A stretch of 45,210 nt of DNA from Chloropicon primus (lineage: Eukaryota). A program made the position numbers and the translations under genes. Numbering within the stretch: the first letter of the stretch is position 1; each line of letters opens with the position of its first letter. This document shows positions 31,001 through 39,375 of this stretch, one piece after another. The notes under the pieces were generated by a model. That model was not told the origin of the DNA. It searched no databases and was given only the letters and a program-made list of their open reading frames with translations. The DNA lies in assembly GCA_023205875.1 (NCBI GenBank), contig CP060773.1, positions 372,001-417,210 on the forward strand, in the 5' to 3' direction.

Positions 31001-31619
31001 AATCGCCATGAAGACCCAGAACGCACTGGAGAAGGCCAACTCGGCCTCGTCCATCAGCTCCATCATGGGCTTGGAGGACGGCTCGCTGTTCAACGGGGCA
31101 GCCTCTTACGGCAACACCGTCGCTGCTGGCGCTGGAAGCAACATCAGCGCGAACGGGGACCTGGAGTCACCAAAGCTCGTCCCGCTGAGTCAGTCCATGG
31201 CTGCAAAGGCTCCGTTGAACCTGCAGCCAAACATCGGCAAGCTCTCCACCTTGTCCACGCTGTCCAACGCCCCCGGCCAGTCCACCAAGACGAAGATCAG
31301 CATCCCCCAGAGGAATTTGCGGGTTCTCACGGACCCCGTGATCGACATGCTCACGCAGGTGCACAAGCTCATGCTCGTCGCCCAGCTTCCGCCGTCTTTG
31401 GATCTCCACGCGGACGGGAGGAGGCAGTTCTTGCAGCGGGTTCATCTCCACCTCTTCGCCTCGGATCAGAGGGCCGGCGCCATCAAGGCTCACCTCGCGA
31501 AACTTGTGGAGCAGAGTGAGGATCCCATCGATGGCTTGGGTCTGCACGAGACTATTTCGTACGCCCACGTGCACACCATGCTCGAGGACATCTTAAAGGA
31601 AACCAATATCCGTTATTAA
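28041..31619 (+). CDS. NEK10: NEK10-like kinase: ARM-repeat N-terminus, central kinase, coiled coil and NEK10 C-terminal domain
   Basis: 1192-aa intronless ORF. LRALRYIFSSERNRDIFKKL.PP..F..FIDVGHY, GKGAFGSVYK, IVHRDLTPANII, DFG, VGTITFCCPEIV, and C-terminal RVLTDPVIDMLTQVHKLMLVAQLPP all parallel human NEK10 as I recall it. Confidence 0.87.
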   Translation: MMASGTSSFSSSSSKEKKEKESMLEAATGIINILESGEKPDEEKAENLLEVLVVKCARWYDFTLRDDGDDFFAQALSRLFDGVVRKWILKPNWLKCPRDENYSSSYSSEERKASNGGSSCSPRSESYARPGLLLNVLQLVRLFTRDCNYRKQLVCDADKAESLGTIAQFLAWRSRAHFEEKWLLPSGKEREAMSTPLGREMLVECVSIVRRLATDKDHCEALFSTKMKSQVQAMRQRRQGNQNNQNNRSDHMQEFGIAGTLALLLHTTDNAILPLAIDSLTHIAERMNDRIDDWDEAARGPKLSREEKLVIVDTLRHVSCCGIEVILKMIESYSRPFNRLAATLLTTLLSLEEVRTQVLVDQYKSGSGVQKKNRKVVGSEPMEGAPLIQRLVSKFSYCERELYVPILNVLSVILQENFLISDLRDVGGIPIILNSIRTETFAGKGKEGDRLRASMDFVCAVSRCIQVMSIDDEASYQVKQCNGVYLLGRCLVQPWDPADPDFFHDNSPSLAANGWSQKGGGAANPLTVYNLVEASRVHLARAHVLRALRYIFSSERNRDIFKKLMPPDFFSAFIDVGHYQESLKPYLRLAELMHESEVVRSKDQPREEAGPGDDGAAVAGAVPPSSAEDSGLNNLQSPRITHWTRVALKEIDKNSQNDIVKIVNGYHFVELLGKGAFGSVYKARKKGFSAHEEKICAVKELALEDVHIFGATKKEQEEAKAAIAEEMKILSEMDHPGIVHYYESFEKDGKVYIAMEYAGGMSLEDRIRSLEARNQRSSETEVWQILTQLCLALRYMHQDKEIVHRDLTPANIIISLGNDIVTVGEASSDQPLTVRITDFGYAKRKEEGGFVMRSLVGTITFCCPEIVQHQVYTDKADVWSLGCILYNVMLLKPPFSASNIFNIAQKIVEGQFDPPIESDKVPWYSSELKRLVGRMLTVDPEKRPSIGEIIVEISSRVARETDSMRSKIRLLEEEIHMERKYFVREKRIAMKTQNALEKANSASSISSIMGLEDGSLFNGAASYGNTVAAGAGSNISANGDLESPKLVPLSQSMAAKAPLNLQPNIGKLSTLSTLSNAPGQSTKTKISIPQRNLRVLTDPVIDMLTQVHKLMLVAQLPPSLDLHADGRRQFLQRVHLHLFASDQRAGAIKAHLAKLVEQSEDPIDGLGLHETISYAHVHTMLEDILKETNIRY

Positions 31620-31793
31620 TAAGTCCAAAATCCTTCGTTCCCGATGACAAATCATTCGAAATAGACCCCCTGTCTGTCAGTCAGTCAGTCAGTCAGTCAT
31701 CACGAGAACTCCAAAGCCAAAGCCTCTCTCTCTCTCTCTCTCTCTCTCTGGCCTGTCTGCGTGTATCCCTCCATCCTTCCTGTTCCCCTCCAC

Positions 31794-32103
31794 CATCATC
31801 ATCTCATCAACATCTCCTTCTGATCTGCTGCAGCTGGTGCTTGTGAGTGAGTGATCAAGTGAGGCTACCTTGGAAAGAGGAAGAGACAATGTACCCGTCC
31901 CTCCCTCCTCCTGCCCCCTTTCATCACCATCATCATCATCAACATCTCCTTCTGATCTGCTGCAGCTGGTGCTTGTGAGTGAGTGATCAAGTGAGGCTAC
32001 CTTGGAAAGAGGAAGGGACAATGTACCCGTCCCTCCCTCCTCCTGCCCCCTTTCATCATCATCATCATCAACATCTCCTTCTGATCTGCTGCAGCTGGTG
32101 CTT
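31794..32103 (+). repeat. Tandem repeat, ~130-bp unit x ~2.3, upstream of GDPD
   Basis: catctccttctgatctgctgcagctggtgc begins at 31811, 31943 and 32072. The two full units are near-identical and joined by (CAT)n. Confidence 0.95.
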
Positions 32104-32152
32104 TTTCTTCCGGCAGTTTCCGTTTTCCGTTTTCAGTGGTTTGTGCTTCGCG

Positions 32153-32429
32153 ATGGAGCAGCGGCGAGGAGGAGGAGACTATGTGGAGCTTGAGGTCATC
32201 GAGGACGGAACCACGAGGGGATCCTCGACCCACGCCACCTCTGGCCAAGAGGAATCCACCTCTCAGGTCCTGAGAAGGAGAAGGTTTCACTGGCCATCAC
32301 CTGCCTTCCTCCTTTTGGCGTTTGTCTTGGCCATGGCATCCTTTCTCTTTGGCACAGCGCTGAGGACGAGCGACGGAGGAATCAAGAGAACAAAGGTAAA
32401 CACGATGTCGATGCCGATGGCGCACCGCT

Positions 32430-32503
<74 letters not shown>

Positions 32504-34035
32504 GCGATGGCTCGGCTACCTTTGGGTTGATGTTGTTGTGGAAACTCAGCTGCTGACTTGTCTCTCGATTTGATTTGGTGTTGGGATGGCTTGGGCGAAA
32601 GGTTTACCGTGGCTCTGATGGAGGGTCCATTGCTCTTCCGGAGACTTACGTGCGTCCTCTGGTCATTGGACACAGGGGATCCTGCGGCATGCTGCCAGAA
32701 CACACCCTAGAAGGATACAAGCTGGTGAGTCTCGTGTTTGGTTCCTCCATCCATCCATCCAACAGCCAACCATCATCCGAGACAAAGTAGACTGATTTTG
32801 TTTTCTTTTTGGTTTGGTTCGATAGGCGATGAAGCAGCATGCGGATTGCATTGAGTGTGACGTGATCTTGACCAAAGATGGTGTCCCCATCTGCAGGCAC
32901 GACCTGACTTTGGAGCAAACGACGGATGTGGCTTCGAGGCCGGAGTTCGACCACAAGAGGACGACGAGGGATGTTGAGGGGGAGACGACGACGGGTTGGT
33001 TTGCCGTCGACTTCACGTTGGATGAGCTCAAGCAGCTGAGGGCATTGCAGAGGTTGGATTTCAGGGACCCCAATTACGACGGACTGTTTCAGGTTGCGAC
33101 CCTCCAGGAGCAGATCGATCTTGTCAAGGAGAACAGCGGCGACGGCGGCGACGTGGATGTCTTGAGCGGTCACGATGACGAGGCGGCCAGTTGGCACCTG
33201 AAGCTTTTGAATTACTTCATGAAGTTTTGGGGGTACTCTTCCGAGGACAAGGACAAGGGGACAGATCAAGGCCACCACCACCACACTCCGAAGACTTGTC
33301 TCTACCCAGAGTTGAAGAGCACCACGTGGCACAACTCTTTGGGCATGTGGGGAGGGAAGCGGTCCGAGGACATCATTCTCGATGTTCTGGAGAAGAACGG
33401 TTACAAGACGAAAGACGACAATATTTATTTGCAGTCCTTTGAGACGCTCGACTTGGAATACGTGCACAAGAAATCTTCCTTGAAGCTCATCCAGCTCATC
33501 GGTGCCCCTGACGTGGTTCAGTGGTGAGTGCGCGCGCGATCCCTGCGCTCCCGTTTCCTCTGCTATGTTATTTTGTTTTGGAGGGGGTCTGACTTTGCTC
33601 TCCTTCTCTCACCCTCTCTCTCTCTCTCTGCCTGCCTCCAGGGACACGAAGAGGCCGTACGAGGAGCTCATGTCCGAGAAAGGTATTTCTGAGATCGCAA
33701 AGTACGCCTTTGCGGTTTCGCCGAGCAAGAACGACATATGTGAGAAGAACACGACGACGGGCTATATCGATGCCAGCTCCGTCGCCAAGGGCAGATCCTG
33801 GGTGGAAATGATCCACTCCAAGGGTCTCCTGGTCCACCCTTGGGTTCTGAGGGACGAGGACCGGTACCTGGCGTGGAACTACGGGCAGGACGCTTACAAC
33901 GAGTACACCATGTTCATCAGGGACGTTGGCGTGGACGGCTTTTTCACCGACTTTCCTGCCACGGCTTCCAACTACATCCGCTTGTTCGAGCTGGACCTCG
34001 CCTACCAATCATCCCACAAGGAAAAGCTCCCTTGA
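32153..34035 (+). CDS. GDPD: Glycerophosphodiester phosphodiesterase with N-terminal membrane anchor, 485 aa (exons 32153-32395, 32602-32724, 32826-33523, 33642-34035)
   Basis: PLVIGHRGSCGMLPEHTLEGY, DCIECDVILTKDGVPICRHD, YPELK, YLQSFE, VHPWVLRDE, GVDGFFTDFP. Three GT-AG introns keep the frame. Confidence 0.94.
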
Positions 34036-34225
34036 CGCGGACAAACACACACACACACAGTTTTGTTGAATGAATCGTCTGTCACAATCAAAATTAGGAA
34101 CAACGCATCGCCCCTCCCCGCCCCCTTCTTCTTGTCCCAGCAAGTGAGAAGAGTTCTAGTGTGCTGCTTTTCAAGTGAAAGACACAATGCATCGATCACT
34201 CCCTCCATGACTCCTCCGCCTCCTC

Positions 34226-34590
34226 CATCATCATCCATCCATCCTCCTCTCTCTAGGGAACGAAACTGGGCGAGTCAGGCTTCCTTGGAAAGAGCAAGAG
34301 ATCATGTGCCCATCCATCCTCCCCTCCCCTCACATCATCATCATCAAATCATCATCCAACCATCCATCCTCCCCTCTCCTCCTCCTCCTCCTCCTCCTCC
34401 TCATCATCATCCATCCTCCTCTCTCTAGGGAACGAAACTGGGCGAGTCAGGCTTCCTTGGAAAGAGCAAGAGATCATGTGCCCATCCACCCCCCCTCCCC
34501 TCACATCATCATCATCAAATCATCATCCAACCATCCATCCTCCCCTCCCCTCATCACATCATCATCAAATCATCATCCATCCTCCTCTGA
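34226..34590 (+). repeat. Tandem duplication, ~172-bp unit x2, downstream of GDPD
   Basis: ctctagggaacgaaactgggcgagtcaggcttccttggaaagagcaagagatcatgtgcccatcca...cacatcatcatcatcaaatcatcatccaaccatccatcctcccc occurs twice, offset 172 bp. Confidence 0.95.
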
Positions 34591-34657
34591 TTTATTTTGA
34601 CCGTTAGCTTCTCTTTTGAAAAAAAAAAAAATAAATAAACGACAGACGAAACGACGA

Positions 34658-34704
<47 letters not shown>

Positions 34705-34715
34705 GACGAGTGAAG

Positions 34716-36161
34716 ATGAGGCGCATGACGCTGGAGGAGTACGAGGAGGAGGAAAGGGCCTTGGGTTCCGTCTTGAGGAAAAACACAACAACAACAACAA
34801 CAACAACAACGGAGAGGAGAGGCAGGAAGAAGAAGAAGAAGAAGGATAACACCACCACCAACAACAACAACACCAACAACAACAACAACATGAATGATGG
34901 TGTTGTCCTTCTTGCGGAGAGGTTCGAGAACGAGCTCGTCGAGTACAACAACAACAACAACAACAAGCAGAAGCTTCATCCTCATGCTCATGCTCATGCT
35001 CAAGCTCCTGCTCATGGCGAGGGTGTTGGTGTGGATGAGGTGGAGCATGGGAAGAGAGCAGCAGCAGCGGTGGCGGTGGCAGGCGCCTCGTCGTCGTTTT
35101 GTTTGTCCCAAGGGGATTGGGAGTGTGGAAGGAACAGGAGTTTGTCGTGGTCCAGGAGTATGGAGAGGGCGAGGTACCTGGAGAGTGAGCACAAGAGAAG
35201 CACGATGAGGGTGAGGGAGGCAGAGACGAGGAAGAAGTTGTTCCTGATGAAGTTGAAGCACGAGGCCAAGGTGGAGGACCTCGGGGAGCTCGAGAGGGAA
35301 AGGAGTCTGAGCCGAAAGGCGATGGCGTCCGTCCTGGAGGAGAAGAAGAGGGCGAGGGAGGAGAAGGAGAAGGCAGAGAGGAGGTTGAGGGAGATGAGGG
35401 AGGAAGTCAGGCAGGAGAGGCAGCAGAAGGAGAACCTGTACACAATCATCCAATCGCAGCAGCAGGAGCAGCGACGGAGCAGGAAGCAAAGGAAAGCGCC
35501 CGAGCCTTCGCCTTCGCTGCCGGCCTCGCCCGAGGAGGACCGCGAGACCCGCCCGTCGAGGGGAAACGAAAGTGTGGGGACCCCGAAGAACCACAAGGTT
35601 CAGCTGAGGCAGAGGGTCGTGCCGCTGAAGGAGGTGGAGGAGAGGAGCCGGGGCAGATCCAGGCAGCGGGTGGAAGAGGCCAGCACGAGCTCTGGCGCGA
35701 GCGCCGAGAGAGCTTCCGGGGGGAAGAAGGGGGTCGTCGACCTGACCGTGCCTTACCAGCCTCCTCAGGCCAAGAGCGAGGCCGCCAAGTCCGTCAGAGC
35801 CGTCCTCGAAAGGAAGCGCAAGGAGGAAAAGGAGAAGCAACCTCTGGGCGTTGTGAAGCTGGAGGACGTTGACAAAAAGCTTAGCGAGTGCGAAAGGAAC
35901 GACAAGCTCGCGAAGAGGAAGACCAAGGACTCCGCAAACAAGGCCGGCGCCTTTGCTGACAAGAGCAACACGGCCCCAAACACGAAGAAGATCGAGCAGG
36001 CTGCCTCCGCGGCGGCGGGGGAGGGCACCAAGGCTGACGCCACCAAGAGGAAGTTTCAGATGCAGAGCAATGGCTGGTCCGGCACGTCGTGCTTGAGCGC
36101 GCTCCCTCCGAACCTCCTTTTCGGAGAGAACTTCAGGGTTCCCAAACTCCTGAAGAAGTAA
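34716..36161 (+). CDS. Unknown low-complexity, coiled-coil protein (481 aa)
   Basis: Long ORF with coding-like codon use after ~35150. Poly-T/N/K tracts, an E/R/K coiled coil and an ordered C-terminus CLSALPPNLLFGENFRVPKLLKK. The 5' part is less certain. Confidence 0.65.
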   Translation: MRRMTLEEYEEEERALGSVLRKNTTTTTTTTTERRGRKKKKKKDNTTTNNNNTNNNNNMNDGVVLLAERFENELVEYNNNNNNKQKLHPHAHAHAQAPAHGEGVGVDEVEHGKRAAAAVAVAGASSSFCLSQGDWECGRNRSLSWSRSMERARYLESEHKRSTMRVREAETRKKLFLMKLKHEAKVEDLGELERERSLSRKAMASVLEEKKRAREEKEKAERRLREMREEVRQERQQKENLYTIIQSQQQEQRRSRKQRKAPEPSPSLPASPEEDRETRPSRGNESVGTPKNHKVQLRQRVVPLKEVEERSRGRSRQRVEEASTSSGASAERASGGKKGVVDLTVPYQPPQAKSEAAKSVRAVLERKRKEEKEKQPLGVVKLEDVDKKLSECERNDKLAKRKTKDSANKAGAFADKSNTAPNTKKIEQAASAAAGEGTKADATKRKFQMQSNGWSGTSCLSALPPNLLFGENFRVPKLLKK

Positions 36162-36205
36162 AAAAAAAAGGTCTTTTTGTTGTTGTTTACATGAAACCAA
36201 TCCGA

Positions 36206-39043
36206 TCAAACGTTACTGAGCAGCTTCCCGGACAGCTCGTTTATCGTAGCCTTCGCGGGGGCCTTGCCCAGGAAGGGCATCTTGGCAATCGCGCTGTGGT
36301 CCTTGGGAATCTCCTGGTACTTGCAGAGCAGCCGCCCCAGGACTTGGTTGTTGATGGTGGGGTAAAGAGACAACTTCACCGCGGGGTCCAGGATGCTCTC
36401 AGGGGCACAGCTCAGGAGATAATCCAAGACCTGCACCAAGCCCGCAAAGAGGATGTCCACGTCGTCGTCCTCCAGGGTCTTCACGGCCAAGGCTTTGAGG
36501 TGGCGCATGTCTGCCTTGAGCTGAACCATCGAGATCAGATTGAACCTGGAGACCGCAGAGCAAGAAAGAAGCTGCAAGATGTGGTCCGCGGCGTGTTGGA
36601 AGACTTGGCTGAAGAGGTGCATGTGCAGATACTCCGGCATGTACTTCTTGCTGTCTTGGGACATCTTCTTGATGAATGCCACGATCTCCCTCGCGCACTC
36701 CGATTCTTTGCACACCTCGTCGATGTTCCCGCCTCCCGAGCTGGTGGCCTGGTCCTCCACCAGTTCCATTTCGCCCAAGCTCGATGGGCACCAGTCCATC
36801 ATGATGTAGTTGGCGCTGTACGAGTCCACTTTGGCGCACAGAATTTCCAGCACGTTCTCCTCAGTAAGGTCCATGACCTCGTACAGAATGTCAAGAAGGG
36901 CCCTTGGCAGAGACCCGGCTTCCCCGTCCTTCCCCTTCTTCCTCGACACGTACTCTGGCGATTCCATGATGTTGCGGAAGGCCTCCTCAGACTCCCTTCT
37001 CATCTCCTTGGTCGCGGCCACTTGGTCGCCGCGGGAGGAGCAGAGGGTCGCCACGAAGGTCTCCAGGCCGTGGAGGGCAGGGATGAAGCCAAAATAAATG
37101 TTTGCCATCATCTGCGACGCTTCCCTCAGGTCGTTCTGTTCATCCTTGACCATCTCCTTCACTTGAGGCAGGATCACAAAGTTCGCAATGGAAAGAGCAA
37201 TGTCACCCACCTCAGTAACGGCGTCCTCGTCATAAAAGCTCAGAGGAAAGGTCAAATCCTCGCCGATCCTCGTGCCCTCCACCAAGGAAAGCCCGTCCTT
37301 GAGCAACCCCAACATCAAGTTAACCACTTCAGGAACGCAGGCCGAGTACCGAGCGACCCCCTCCACGCCCCCAAGGTACCAACCCTCCGCGCTTCCCGAG
37401 GCCTGGACCTTGGTCAGGAGGGAAGGCTTCAGCTTGCCCTGCAAATCCTCCTTGCAAATGGCCGTAATCCATTCCGTGGACTCCTTCTGCAGGGTCTCCG
37501 CGTATTCCTCCACGGCCGTGTTAATCAAGGACTTGAGGGGCTCCACGTTCAGACCGAAGTGAGAGGCCACGGTGGAGGCCAAGGCAACGTGCGTGCATAT
37601 GCCGCAAGCCTGCGCCAGGAAGTTTGTGCGCGAGGAGAGCCAAGCGGACAGCCGGGCCACCAGAACCTGGAGTGCCTCCTCCCACTCTTCCACGATGTCC
37701 TCTGGCGAGATCATGCCCTGCGTCGAGTGCAGGACTTTGTCCTCGATGATGATGAACCCCAGTATCCGCTCCATTTGGTCCGAGAACTGATCCAGGAAGG
37801 GCGAGGAACCGCCTTTTTGCTCCAGGTCGCTCCTCAGCTGCAGACGCCTTTGGTGCCTGTAGTTGTTGGCAAAGGTCTCGTCCATCCCCAAGCGGGAGTA
37901 AAGGTACCTGCAGCGGTGGAGGATGGTGAAGTCAAGATCAGAGAGCACCCCGTCTTTCCCGTCCTCGTCATCCTCCCGCAGACCAACCGCAAACCCATTC
38001 TCCCCGTCCGCGCCCCCAGCATCTTCCCGCTCGAATGGGTTTGTGCTCTTCCCCTCCCTACCCTGCTCGCTTCCCTCCAGCGCCTTGGCCAGCATGTCCT
38101 TCAGGGGCAGGCCCCAGTCCTCTCTCACCCGCTTGAGGGTCTCCTGGTGCCTCGCGATCGTCCCCGCCGCCCCTTTCATCCTCCTCCTCACCTGGTCCAG
38201 CTTCCGCCGGGCCACGCTCCTCTGCTGCGTCCTGGCATTCAGGAGCCACTTGTTGAACTCCTCGCTGGTCCTCGACAGAAGCCGCAGCCTGACGTCCGAG
38301 ATAGCCTCCACGAGCCACCGGTCGAATTCCTTCCCTCCGACGCCGTTCGCTGCCTCCGCGTGGGAAGCTTTCGTCAGACCTTGCCTCTTCTGCTCCCTCT
38401 CTTGGTCCAGAAGCTCCAGCAGGTCCAGCACCTCGAAGCCCTCCAAGGCGTTGCTCCCCTTCTCCGCGCTGCATAGCAGCTCAAGCACCTGTATCGTCGA
38501 CTCCAGCTCCACCCTCGCCTTGTTGTGGGCCTCCACCGCACCGTAGCACGCCGCGAGGTCGTTCAGCAGCTTGAGCTCCGGCTCGTTCCTCTTGACCACA
38601 AAATCGCAATGCTTCTCGATCTGCCTCTTCAGCTGCTCCGCTTCCACTTTTATCCCACTCAACTCGTCCATCGTTTCCACAAAGTCACTGCAGTTCTTCC
38701 TGCACAGGAGCTCTATCTCTTTGCTGTCCTCCGCTATGCACAAGTCCAACGCCCGTTGCACCGCCTCCTCCCCTTCCCCCTCTTCCTCCGCATCCACTCC
38801 TCCTCCTCCTCCTCCTCTCACGCAAACTCCTCCACCATCCTCATCCCCATCCCCATCCCCTTCCCCTTTGCTGGTCTCCTGGAGCTCGAGTGCAGCGCGG
38901 AGGACGGTGGTGAGGTCCTGGTGGTCCAGCGCCCTGGAGACGCGCTCGGACAACCGCTCTACGTACTTGCTCGCCGTGCTCTCCTCCTCCGCCGCCTCAT
39001 GCTGGTGGTGGTGGTGGTGGTGGTGGTCCGCCCTCGTCGCCAT
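36206..39043 (-). CDS. SEC15: Exocyst complex component Sec15 (EXOC6)
   Basis: EIELLCRKNCSDFVETMDEL, EFNKWL.NAR, DLDFTILHRCRYLYSRLG..ETFANNYRHQRRLQL, ILGFIIIEDKV, VSRFNLISMVQLKADMRHL follow the Sec15 motif order. Likely ATG at 39043 (MATRAD). Confidence 0.88.
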   Translation of the reverse strand: MATRADHHHHHHHQHEAAEEESTASKYVERLSERVSRALDHQDLTTVLRAALELQETSKGEGDGDGDEDGGGVCVRGGGGGGVDAEEEGEGEEAVQRALDLCIAEDSKEIELLCRKNCSDFVETMDELSGIKVEAEQLKRQIEKHCDFVVKRNEPELKLLNDLAACYGAVEAHNKARVELESTIQVLELLCSAEKGSNALEGFEVLDLLELLDQEREQKRQGLTKASHAEAANGVGGKEFDRWLVEAISDVRLRLLSRTSEEFNKWLLNARTQQRSVARRKLDQVRRRMKGAAGTIARHQETLKRVREDWGLPLKDMLAKALEGSEQGREGKSTNPFEREDAGGADGENGFAVGLREDDEDGKDGVLSDLDFTILHRCRYLYSRLGMDETFANNYRHQRRLQLRSDLEQKGGSSPFLDQFSDQMERILGFIIIEDKVLHSTQGMISPEDIVEEWEEALQVLVARLSAWLSSRTNFLAQACGICTHVALASTVASHFGLNVEPLKSLINTAVEEYAETLQKESTEWITAICKEDLQGKLKPSLLTKVQASGSAEGWYLGGVEGVARYSACVPEVVNLMLGLLKDGLSLVEGTRIGEDLTFPLSFYDEDAVTEVGDIALSIANFVILPQVKEMVKDEQNDLREASQMMANIYFGFIPALHGLETFVATLCSSRGDQVAATKEMRRESEEAFRNIMESPEYVSRKKGKDGEAGSLPRALLDILYEVMDLTEENVLEILCAKVDSYSANYIMMDWCPSSLGEMELVEDQATSSGGGNIDEVCKESECAREIVAFIKKMSQDSKKYMPEYLHMHLFSQVFQHAADHILQLLSCSAVSRFNLISMVQLKADMRHLKALAVKTLEDDDVDILFAGLVQVLDYLLSCAPESILDPAVKLSLYPTINNQVLGRLLCKYQEIPKDHSAIAKMPFLGKAPAKATINELSGKLLSNV

Positions 39044-39060
39044 CCTCCTTCCTCTGGTTC

Positions 39061-39316
39061 TGGCCTTGTCTGCTCTGCTGAAGGGAGAGGAGTGTGACAT
39101 GAGGAGGAGGGAGGAGGGGGAGGACAATGGGAGCAAGGTCTGGACAACCAATCTGCATGCAAGAATCTGGAACGCTTCCTTGGGACTCTCTCTCTCTCTG
39201 GCCTGTCTGGCTTGCTTGGCCTTGTCTGCTCTGCTGAAGGGAGAGGAGTGTGACATGAGGAGGAGGAGGGAGGAGGGGGAGAGAGAGAGAGAGGGAGGAC
39301 AATGATATACAAGGTC
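39061..39316 (+). repeat. Direct duplication (~80-100 bp) carrying a minus-strand polypyrimidine tract and CAGCAG acceptor
   Basis: tggccttgtctgctctgctgaagggagaggagtgtgacatgaggaggagg...ggacaatg...caaggtc at 39061 and 39217; offset 156 bp. Confidence 0.92.
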
Positions 39317-39375
39317 AGGATCATGATCTACATTCACTGATCTACATTCACTTTCTTGGATTCATTTGAAACGGC

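Noticed and set aside
31794..32103. Possible CRISPR-like repeat-spacer array
   Set aside because: The intervening sequences are near-identical rather than unique spacers, there are no cas genes, and the context is eukaryotic.
36089..38476. 795-aa plus-strand ORF
   Set aside because: Antisense shadow of SEC15.
39044..39337. N-terminal extension of the 1043-aa SEC15 track ORF
   Set aside because: It translates a duplicated polypyrimidine and acceptor block (SLLLMSHSSPFSRADKA twice), so it is likely UTR or intron rather than protein.
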